A DNA stretch of 24,709 bases, taken from assembly GCA_039586795.1 (NCBI GenBank), contig JBDHJS010000049.1:1-24709 (forward strand), written 5' to 3'. This document shows positions 1 through 7,467 of this stretch, in pieces. The notes beneath the pieces are model-generated. The model was not told where the DNA came from and searched no databases. It worked only from the letters and a program-made list of their open reading frames with translations. Within the stretch, counting starts at the first letter, position 1. Each line of letters opens with the position of its first letter. This DNA is from Gemmatimonadota bacterium. Its GTDB lineage: Bacteria > Gemmatimonadota > Gemmatimonadetes > Palauibacterales > KS3-K002. The position numbers and the translations under genes are program-made.

Positions 1-1737
1 TATGCCGAGGTGCAGGCCCAACACGAGGAAGCTTTTCCCCGGGCCCTCGAGAGCTATGAAGAGGTCGACGGTATCTGGACGACACTCAAGGCACGCGTCG
101 CCGCGGAGCCGTTCAACCTGATCGCCACCCTCATCTTTCTGCTGGCCATCATTCACACGTTTCTGACATCGAAGTTCCTCGATATCTCTCACAAGTGGAG
201 TCAAAAACACGAGGAGAAGATCGAGCGGGGGGAAGCGAGTCGCGATTCGGTGGCTCACGGTGCCGTGTTCATGCATTTCCTCGGCGAGGTCGAAGTCGTG
301 TTCGGACTCTGGGCCGTCCCGCTGACGATCGCGATCATCGCCTTCTACGGTTGGGGCACTGCGGTCCACTACCTTGGTGACACAGTGGACTACACCGAGG
401 CGGCGTTTGTCGTCGTCATCATGACGCTTGCCGCAACACGGCCGATCCTCCGATTGGCGGAAGGCATCATCAACCGCATCGCCGGCCTGTTGGGCGGAAC
501 GCTCGCCGCCCGCTGGTTCACGACGCTTACCATCGGCGCGCTGCTCGGCTCGTTCATCACCGAGCCCGCGGCGATCACGATATCGGCGCTCGTGCTGGGC
601 CGCAGCTTCTACGCTCTCGAGCCGAGCACCAAGTTCAAGTACGCCACGCTCGGGCTGCTGCTCGTGAATGTTTCGGTGGGTGGCACGCTGACGCACTTCG
701 CTGCGCCGCCGGTGCTGATGGTGGCGGAGCCGTGGGGCTGGGGACTGGGTCATATGCTCCTCAATTTCGGCTGGAAAGCGGCTGTCGGCATCGTCATCTC
801 CAACGGACTCTACTTCGCTGTTTTTCGTCACGAGTTGATTTCGTTGGAAGACAAATACGCCGTCGTCCAGTTGAAGGAAGAGATCCAGACGCGCTTCCTG
901 AGACGCGAGGAGGTGGACGCACGCTTCGACCAAATCAGGCAGTCCGTCAGCGACGCCACCGGAACGCGCGACCAAATCGAGAGGCAGATCCAGGACGTTA
1001 CCGAACAAATCCGCGCGCAGCTCGAAGACCTGCTGATACCCGAGCTGCGAGCCAGAGGTATCGACGAGGAACTCATTCGCGATGCGTTCGTTCAGCGCTT
1101 CGAGGAGATCCGGTTGCGAGAGATGCGACGGCTGGCGCCGATGCTACTGCCGGCGGATCAGCGAGGAGAGTTCGTGGATCCCGATTGGGACAACCGTGAC
1201 GATCCGGTGCCCGTGTGGGTCACCCTGACGCACGTGCTCTTCATGGTCTGGGCGATCGTCAACGCCCACCACCCGCCGCTCTTCATACTGGGGATGCTGT
1301 TCTTCCTCGGATACGCTGAGGTGACCCGGTACTATCAGAATCGTGTCGACCTGAAGCCCGCCATGCTGGTGGGGTTCTTCCTCGTCGGACTGGTGATACA
1401 CGGCGGCGTGCAGGGCTGGTGGATCGCGCCGATTCTGGGCAACCTGGGCGAGATACCGTTGATGGCGGTGGCGACCGGGCTGACGGCGTTCAATGACAAC
1501 GCGGCCATCACCTATCTGGCCACGCTAGTTCCCGATTTCAGCGATGCCTTGAAATATGCCGTCGTCGCCGGCGCCGTAACGGGCGGAGGTCTGACGATCA
1601 TCGCCAACGCGCCCAACCCGGCCGGCATTTCGCTGCTGAGGAAGTACCTGGACAAGGGCTTTTCGCCGGGGGCCCTCCTCGCCGCGGCGATCGCCCCGAC
1701 GGCGATCATGTTCGTACTCTTTGCCGTTACGCGCTGA
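1..1737 (+). CDS. Putative Na+/H+ antiporter (Na_H_antiport_3/DUF1504-like), probably 5'-truncated by the window edge
   Basis: Frame is open from base 1 (the ORF track starts at GTG 10). Many hydrophobic helices. Family-type motifs HFLGEVEVVFGLW, LGSFITEPAA, NVSVGGTLTHFAAPPVLMVA, GLTAFNDNAAITYL, GGGLTIIANAPNPAG. Confidence 0.85.
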   Translation, partial: YAEVQAQHEEAFPRALESYEEVDGIWTTLKARVAAEPFNLIATLIFLLAIIHTFLTSKFLDISHKWSQKHEEKIERGEASRDSVAHGAVFMHFLGEVEVVFGLWAVPLTIAIIAFYGWGTAVHYLGDTVDYTEAAFVVVIMTLAATRPILRLAEGIINRIAGLLGGTLAARWFTTLTIGALLGSFITEPAAITISALVLGRSFYALEPSTKFKYATLGLLLVNVSVGGTLTHFAAPPVLMVAEPWGWGLGHMLLNFGWKAAVGIVISNGLYFAVFRHELISLEDKYAVVQLKEEIQTRFLRREEVDARFDQIRQSVSDATGTRDQIERQIQDVTEQIRAQLEDLLIPELRARGIDEELIRDAFVQRFEEIRLREMRRLAPMLLPADQRGEFVDPDWDNRDDPVPVWVTLTHVLFMVWAIVNAHHPPLFILGMLFFLGYAEVTRYYQNRVDLKPAMLVGFFLVGLVIHGGVQGWWIAPILGNLGEIPLMAVATGLTAFNDNAAITYLATLVPDFSDALKYAVVAGAVTGGGLTIIANAPNPAGISLLRKYLDKGFSPGALLAAAIAPTAIMFVLFAVTR

Positions 1738-2118
1738 CTCACGGTGCCAGGTTCGGACTCTTATCATCGAATCCGACGGACATGACAACGTCCCCTCCGA
1801 GCCTGCAGGTGTCGCCCAATCTCCAGTTCACGATCAATCTGTTGCAGACTCTCGAGACGGATGTCCTTCGGGTGATCGGGCTATTGCGCGTGCGGCTCTC
1901 GTTGTAGAACGGTGGCTAGGGACCAGCTTGCGGTGACTGCGGGGGGCGTCCAGCTTGTAAGTCAGGGTCTGGCGATCCAGGCCGATTCCTCTCCATTCGC
2001 GTCAAGATCTATCTGAGTGAGTCCGTTGATGTTGGAGTCGCGGGGCGCGGGGCGTGAGGCGCGGGCGACGACGGGACATCGACGTCGACGATTCCGGGGG
2101 TGCGTCAGTCGTTGCCTG

Positions 2119-2143
2119 TAACTGTATGTTAGGGAGTCAGTTA
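2119..2143. promoter_or_regulatory. Palindromic site TAACTG-N13-CAGTTA, possible regulator or nucleoid-protein site
   Basis: Perfect 6-bp inverted repeat in an AT-richer patch about 120 bp upstream of the solute-binding protein start. Confidence 0.3.
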
Positions 2144-2260
2144 TCAGCATGGGGTGATGTGGATTCGACGCGCCGGAACGGTCCGGTGAGTGTATGGCAG
2201 AGCGGGCTTGGTCGGAGATCTGGAAGAGACGCTAAACCCGGAATGCAGCGGAGGTGCAAG

Positions 2261-3199
2261 GTGAGACCGAGTCAAAGAGCTGCATCTGCGATCGCGTTTG
2301 TCGCGATACTCCTCATCGGTTGTGGTGCGCCGGAGGAGGCTGGCCAGCAGCGCGATGCCGCTGCGACGGCTGATGGGGTGCTCTCGGTATATGTGGTCAA
2401 CTATCCGCTTCAATACTTCGCGGAGCGGATCGGTGGCGATCTGGTGCAGGTGGAGTTTCCGGCACCGGCCGACGTCGATCCGGCGTACTGGACGCCGGGC
2501 CCCGCGGCCGTCGCCGGCTACCAATCGGCCGATCTAATCCTACTCAACGGAGCCGACTACGCGCATTGGGTGGGTCGCACGACCTTGCCGACCTCGAAGA
2601 TGGTAAACACGTCGGCAGGGCTGGCGGATCGCTTCATCGAAGTCGAGGGCGCGGTAACGCACAGTCACGGGCCGGAAGGCGAGCACTCTCACGGAGCGGT
2701 GGCGTTCACGACCTGGCTCGATCTAACGCTGGCGATCGAGCAGGCGCGTGCGATCAAGGACGCGTTCTCAGAAGCACGCTCCGACGATGCGCGCGCGTTC
2801 GAGGAAGGTTTTGCCGATCTGGAAAACGACCTGCGATCGCTTGATAGCAGACTCAGTGAGCTGGCGTCCCGAATCGGTGACCAACCGCTGCTCGGGTCTC
2901 ACCCGGTCTATCAGTATCTCGCCAGCCGCTACGGGCTCGACCTGGTGAGCGTTCACTTCGAGCCGGACCAGGAGCCCGAGGAGGGAATTTGGCGAGACCT
3001 GGGGCGGCTGCTGGGCGAGCACCCGGCGCGCTGGATGCTCTGGGAGGGTGAGCCGCTTGCGTCTACGAGCGAGCGCTTGCGAGGGCTGGGCATCGGCACC
3101 GTGGTCTTCGATCCGTGCGGCAATGCCCCCGAAACCGGCGACTTCCTCTCCGTGATGCAACAAAACGCGGACAACCTGGAGGCCGCGTTCTCGGGCTAG
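2261..3199 (+). CDS. ZnuA/TroA-like (cluster A-I) metal ABC substrate-binding lipoprotein
   Basis: GGAGG at 2250-2254 then in-frame GTG 2261 (ORF track start at 2054 is probably too early). Lipobox LLIGC, motifs YPLQYFAERIGG and ADLILLNGA, His-rich loop HSHGPEGEHSHG, SHPVYQYL. Confidence 0.85.
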   Translation: MRPSQRAASAIAFVAILLIGCGAPEEAGQQRDAAATADGVLSVYVVNYPLQYFAERIGGDLVQVEFPAPADVDPAYWTPGPAAVAGYQSADLILLNGADYAHWVGRTTLPTSKMVNTSAGLADRFIEVEGAVTHSHGPEGEHSHGAVAFTTWLDLTLAIEQARAIKDAFSEARSDDARAFEEGFADLENDLRSLDSRLSELASRIGDQPLLGSHPVYQYLASRYGLDLVSVHFEPDQEPEEGIWRDLGRLLGEHPARWMLWEGEPLASTSERLRGLGIGTVVFDPCGNAPETGDFLSVMQQNADNLEAAFSG

Positions 3200-3227
3200 A
3201 TAAAACGACCTGCGAAAGGGTGGCACG

Positions 3228-4601
3228 ATGATCCGTCGTAGCGTTGGCCTCTTCTCCGTGTTGTTGCTGTCCGCTCTGTTCGTACCCGGGATGTCCACCG
3301 CGCAGGACGCCCAGTACTGGACCAACCAATACGGCAATCGTGCTCGGCTGTTGGGTGGCGCGGTGATCGGTAGCTCCAACGACCTGGCGGCCGTCTACTA
3401 CAACCCGGGCGCCCTGGCGCTGATCGAAAGCACGCAACTGCTGCTGGCGGCCAACGTCGGCCAATACATCAACTACTCGGTCGACATCGGCGGCGTGGGT
3501 TCGGATGTCGGTTCGTCCAGCATCGGGGCGGCGCCATCGCTGTTCGCCGGCGAAATCAACTTCAATTTTCTCGGCGACGACCGCTTCGCCTACAACTTTC
3601 TCACACGCTACGATGCCAACATCCGGATCAGCGAGAAGGCGCTGGAGAAGGATGCAAGCGCGTCGCTACCCGGCCTCCAAGGGGCGGCCGCCGATCTGCT
3701 GTTCGAGGAAAGTCTCACCGAGTCCTGGTTCGGCGTGACCTGGTCGACGCCGCTCGGATCCAACTGGGGCTTGGGCGTCAGCCCGTATCTGACGATCCGC
3801 AGTCAGCGCTTCACGGAGCGGTTCAACTTCCAGGCGATCGATACCGCCGATGTCGGGACGATCTCGCTTTCCGGCCGGGAAGTCGACTTTCTGAACTGGC
3901 GCTTGCTGGCGAAGATCGGCCTTTCAGCCCGCTACGATCCGTGGTGGTTCGGCTTCAGTGCGACCACGCCAAGCCTCAACATCGCCGGGAGTGGGACTGC
4001 CTCTATTTCAGATTCGCGAATCAGCGACGACGAACCGAGCGATCTTTTCGCTAATCTTCAAGAAGATGTTGCGGTTAATTATAAGTCGCCGGCGTCGATC
4101 GGCGCTGGCGTTGGCTATACCTGGCGCGAGGCAACAACGCTGCACCTTGCAGCGGAGTACTTCGCCGCCATAACCGCGAATGAGGTACTCAAGCTCGAGC
4201 CTGTCGTTAACGAGCAGACGGGCGACACCATCACCTCGGGCCTGCGACAGGAGGCCGATGCCATCCTCAACTGGGCGGTGGGCCTGCAGCACGCCTTCGA
4301 TGAAGACTTCGAGGCTTACGCCGGGTTCCACTCCGACTACAGCGCCCGGGTCGAGACGCGGGAATCGTCCTTCCCGACTTCGAGATGGAATATATGGCAT
4401 CTGTCGGGCGGCGCCGCGGCGCGCTTCGGTCGTGCCGCGTTCACGGTGGGTGGGGTCGTCGCATGGGGAAGCGCCGTGGGCGAGCCGATCCCGGCTACGG
4501 GCGATCCTGATGTGGACGAAGGGCTCGGTTTGCCCGCGTCGACGGAGATCAGTTATTTGAGGCTGACCGCGATGCTCGGCTTCACGATCGTCACGCCTTA
4601 G
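3228..4601 (+). CDS. FadL/TodX-like outer-membrane beta-barrel (copy 1)
   Basis: Signal peptide (..STA-QD). N-terminal hatch-like GNRARLLGGAVIG..NDLAAVYYNPGAL. Alternating amphipathic beta-strands. Paralogous to 18428-19753. Confidence 0.7.
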   Translation: MIRRSVGLFSVLLLSALFVPGMSTAQDAQYWTNQYGNRARLLGGAVIGSSNDLAAVYYNPGALALIESTQLLLAANVGQYINYSVDIGGVGSDVGSSSIGAAPSLFAGEINFNFLGDDRFAYNFLTRYDANIRISEKALEKDASASLPGLQGAAADLLFEESLTESWFGVTWSTPLGSNWGLGVSPYLTIRSQRFTERFNFQAIDTADVGTISLSGREVDFLNWRLLAKIGLSARYDPWWFGFSATTPSLNIAGSGTASISDSRISDDEPSDLFANLQEDVAVNYKSPASIGAGVGYTWREATTLHLAAEYFAAITANEVLKLEPVVNEQTGDTITSGLRQEADAILNWAVGLQHAFDEDFEAYAGFHSDYSARVETRESSFPTSRWNIWHLSGGAAARFGRAAFTVGGVVAWGSAVGEPIPATGDPDVDEGLGLPASTEISYLRLTAMLGFTIVTP

Positions 4602-4613
4602 CAGGGAACAACG

Positions 4614-4642
4614 TTGACAAGCGGCCCATTATGGGCTAGTTG
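4614..4642 (+). promoter_or_regulatory. Candidate sigma70 promoter with a palindrome in the spacer
   Basis: TTGACA (4614-4619), 17 nt, then TAGTTG (4637-4642, weak -10). The spacer contains GCCCAT-T-ATGGGC (4624-4636). Confidence 0.4.
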
Positions 4643-4685
4643 GAGAACTCCTAGGCCCGACTGCTGAATCCGCAAGGAGATAAAC

Positions 4686-6224
4686 ATGCTTCGACGTGTG
4701 TGGTTGACCTCGTCATTGGTCGCATTGGCGATGACCATCTGCTTGGTACCGGCGGTGTCCGCTCAAGAGGAAGAACGAGAGGTCCGCTGGTCGACGGGCG
4801 GCCGTTGTGACTTCACGAACGTTCCCGGCGTCGTTTGGTTTGGGACCCAACGCACCATGACGCTGAACGAGCTGGCCTCCTACGTGGCACCCGTCTACTG
4901 GTTCTCGCCGGACGAGCCGCTGCTCAACCAGATGGAACGGGATTCCATCCGCATCCCGGAGGCGCTGCCGTTCGAGGATGCGCCGGACAGACCCGTGGCC
5001 TACTACCAGTTCGATCATCTGTTGGTCAACAAGGCGTATGAAGACTCCACGTATTTCCCGGCGGCGAACAAGGCGAACTCGACCGTCGACTTCCAGTACG
5101 TGGGGGCCTTCAAGCTCCATTTCTACGCCTATTTCAGTTTTGAGGTGGGGCTGGGCGCCCACGAGCACGATATGGAGGCGGTGGAATTCAAGGGCGTGGT
5201 GCTGCGCTACAGCGGCCCGTTCATCAGAGAAGCGACCGACGCGGTTTGCGACGAGGAGACGTACGTCGTCCTGATCACCCGGGTGAGCGCCAAGGCCCAC
5301 GGCATCATCTGGTTCTGGAACGTCATAGACACGGACGACGAGACGCGCTTCCCCATGCACATCCTGGTGGAAGAGGGCAAGCATGGCACGGCCACCGATA
5401 AGAACGGCGATGGCTACTTCACGCCGGGGTACGATGTGAGCCGCCACATCAACGACGCTTGGGGTATTCGCGACAACATCAGATCGGGCCAGCTAGTCAG
5501 CGGCGGCTATCAAGCCTGGATGACCAAGGTGCGACAACCGCAGCATCGGGTCTATCCGCCGCTGCCCGAGGGCAGCCCGGGCCGGGCGCGCCTGGCCCGG
5601 CGCGGATATTACGACGAACCCTACGTCGAGTACGAGATCCGGCCTTTGCCGCCCAAGGAGTTGGCCGAGTACGATGACCACCTCTACCACTTCATGGACG
5701 ATAAGCAGGTGGACGGCTGGCCGGTCATTCGTACCGGCGAAACTGCGGAAGATGTACTGGGCTGGGTCGACGAAGGGTCAGTCGTGAAGTCGCTTGCCAT
5801 CTCACTGTACACCGACGGTGATTGGGGCTTTTCGTTCGTCTTCCCGTTCTTCATCGTGAAGAACCTGGAGACGAAAATCAGCGGTGGGTTCCTCGTCTGG
5901 CGGCTGTACCTCAAAGACCAGGGTCTGCGCGACTTCGGCGCCATGCTTTTGTACGCGCATTCCGCCTCGCGCTGGATCGATAACTACTTATCCCTAGGCT
6001 ACGAGTGGGACGTGCAAGATCTGGAAGGCGGCGGCACGCAAACCATCGATGATTTCGTCCTGGAGACGGGACTCAAGTTTCGCGTCCAACTAGGAACGTC
6101 GCCACTCAAGTTCTTGACGGTGCTGACGGACTTCTGGGGCTTCCGCCTCGGCATCAAGAACTACGGATTCACCGACATCGATCGGCTGACCTACGTGTTC
6201 GAGTTTGGCGCCGGCGCCTGGTAG
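4686..6224 (+). CDS. Secreted/outer-membrane hypothetical protein: NPP1/Vps62-like N-terminal region plus C-terminal beta-barrel
   Basis: RBS AAGGAG, signal peptide (VSA-Q). Motifs APVYWFSPDE, GAHEHDME, SAKAHG, EEGKHG, DKNGDG. The last ~145 aa are alternating aromatic beta-strands ending in W. Confidence 0.6.
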   Translation: MLRRVWLTSSLVALAMTICLVPAVSAQEEEREVRWSTGGRCDFTNVPGVVWFGTQRTMTLNELASYVAPVYWFSPDEPLLNQMERDSIRIPEALPFEDAPDRPVAYYQFDHLLVNKAYEDSTYFPAANKANSTVDFQYVGAFKLHFYAYFSFEVGLGAHEHDMEAVEFKGVVLRYSGPFIREATDAVCDEETYVVLITRVSAKAHGIIWFWNVIDTDDETRFPMHILVEEGKHGTATDKNGDGYFTPGYDVSRHINDAWGIRDNIRSGQLVSGGYQAWMTKVRQPQHRVYPPLPEGSPGRARLARRGYYDEPYVEYEIRPLPPKELAEYDDHLYHFMDDKQVDGWPVIRTGETAEDVLGWVDEGSVVKSLAISLYTDGDWGFSFVFPFFIVKNLETKISGGFLVWRLYLKDQGLRDFGAMLLYAHSASRWIDNYLSLGYEWDVQDLEGGGTQTIDDFVLETGLKFRVQLGTSPLKFLTVLTDFWGFRLGIKNYGFTDIDRLTYVFEFGAGAW

Positions 6225-6244
6225 AAGGATACGCTATAGGGTTG

Positions 6245-6277
6245 GCAAAACCGCCCTCCGGAGGAGGGCGGTTTTGC
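6245..6277. terminator. Intrinsic terminator, potentially bidirectional
   Basis: Perfect 15-bp stem GCAAAACCGCCCTCC-gga-GGAGGGCGGTTTTGC, 20 nt after the stop at 6224, with A and T tracts on either side. Confidence 0.85.
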
Positions 6278-6288
6278 TATTGGGCCGT

Positions 6289-6588
6289 GTCGACGCTCGG
6301 CGATCGACGTTCGGTGGACAGCCGACAGCCGGTATCCGACGCACGACGTCTAAGTAAACTTCTCGCCGACCGACGCCCGACCCTCGACGTTCGTTGGTCG
6401 GCTATCCGCACCTCGGCGAGCGACACCCGATCTTCGACACCCGCGCTCAACGACCAACGTGCGTCGTACGTCGTGCGTCGATCGCCGAATTGTCCTCCTA
6501 CGTCGAGCGGCGGCTGTCGGCTGTTCGCTGTCGAAATAGACCCGCTCACCGCCCGACGCAGATCGATTGTCGGCCGTCGATCGCCAAG
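6289..6588 (+). repeat. Heptamer-based intergenic repeat, copy A
   Basis: Core 6352-6548 aligns to 22087-22290 and 20716-20920. Shared AGTAAACTTCTCGCCGA, CGTCGATCGCCGAATTGTCCTC and GCTGTCGAAATAGACCCGC. Internal inverted repeats. Confidence 0.9.
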
Positions 6589-6610
6589 ATGCTTCGTCAG
6601 TCGGGCGGCG

Positions 6611-6645
6611 TTGACACGAATATCGTGTTACACTAGGTTCGTGTT
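6611..6645 (+). promoter_or_regulatory. Sigma70 promoter of vapBC overlapped by two tandem palindromic operators; likely leaderless transcript
   Basis: TTGACA (6611-6616), 17 nt, TAGGTT (6634-6639), then ATG at 6646 with no SD. Tandem 16-mers ACACGAATATCGTGTT (6614-6629) and ACACTAGGTTCGTGTT (6630-6645). Confidence 0.75.
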
Positions 6646-6888
6646 ATGAAGAACGTCACGATCACTTTGGACGAAGAAGTCGCGCGCTGGGCGCGCATCC
6701 GAGCGGCGGAGCTCAATACCAGCGTCTCACGGCTGTTGGGAGAGATGCTGGAGCGGCTGATGCTGGAGGAGCAGAATTACCACGCGGCAATGAAGCAATA
6801 TCTGTCTGGCAAGCCCCGGGTATTGAACGAGTGCGGGGAAGAGTATCCCAAGCGTGGTGAGCTTCATGAGCGCGACGATCTTCGTTGA
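6646..6888 (+). CDS. vapB: Ribbon-helix-helix (CopG-like) antitoxin
   Basis: 80 aa. N-terminal strand MKNVTITLDEE, then helices with TSVSRLL. Overlaps the downstream PIN toxin. Confidence 0.85.
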   Translation: MKNVTITLDEEVARWARIRAAELNTSVSRLLGEMLERLMLEEQNYHAAMKQYLSGKPRVLNECGEEYPKRGELHERDDLR

Positions 6889-7309
6889 TACGAACGTGCT
6901 CGTCTACCGACGAGACGCGGGGCAGGGCGAGAAGCAGGCTCAGGCGGAGGCCTGGATGGAGAGGCTTTGGACGGAGCGTAACGGGCGGCTCAGTTACCAG
7001 GTGCTGCAGGAGTACTACGTGACTGTGACCTCGAAGCTCCGCCCGGGTCTCGATGCGGCTTCGGCGCGAAACGACGTGCGCTCGCTGTTGGCCTGGCACC
7101 CGCTCACGGTCGATGCGGGCGTCATCGAGGGTGCCTGGGTTATTCAGGATCGCTACCGGCTGTCGTGGTGGGATGCGCTGATCGTGGCCGCTGCACAGGT
7201 AGCGGATTGTCGCTTCCTACTTACTGAAGATCTTCAGGATGGGCAGAAACTTGGCGAAGTGCGTGTGCTGAATCCATTCGATCACTCGCCGGAGGCTGAC
7301 CTGGTATAG
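6866..7309 (+). CDS. vapC: PIN-domain ribonuclease toxin
   Basis: FVDTNVLVY, QVLQEYY, SWWDALIVAAA and LLTEDL carry the PIN acidic tetrad. ATG 6866 overlaps the antitoxin by 23 nt. Confidence 0.92.
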   Translation: MSATIFVDTNVLVYRRDAGQGEKQAQAEAWMERLWTERNGRLSYQVLQEYYVTVTSKLRPGLDAASARNDVRSLLAWHPLTVDAGVIEGAWVIQDRYRLSWWDALIVAAAQVADCRFLLTEDLQDGQKLGEVRVLNPFDHSPEADLV

Positions 7310-7467
7310 GCCGGTGTCTGCACCCCATTATCGATCGACGGCCGTCCCTACATCGACGAGCTGACATCCAGCGCTTGCCCTTGGGAACAATCCACAAAAG
7401 GGGCGAGTTAGCTAGGCCAGCAGAACCAAGAAAACCAGCCGCCTACCCATCCCCACGGAGGATATCG

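Noticed and set aside
2054..2260. Long N-terminal extension of the ZnuA-like ORF
   Set aside because: Not protein-like, and it would bury the lipoprotein signal. SD plus GTG at 2261 fits better.
6277..6549. Similar minus-strand peptides (MSGSIST..RQP) in repeats A and D as a small protein family
   Set aside because: Similarity follows from the DNA repeat. The 7-nt and 1-nt indels shift frames between copies.
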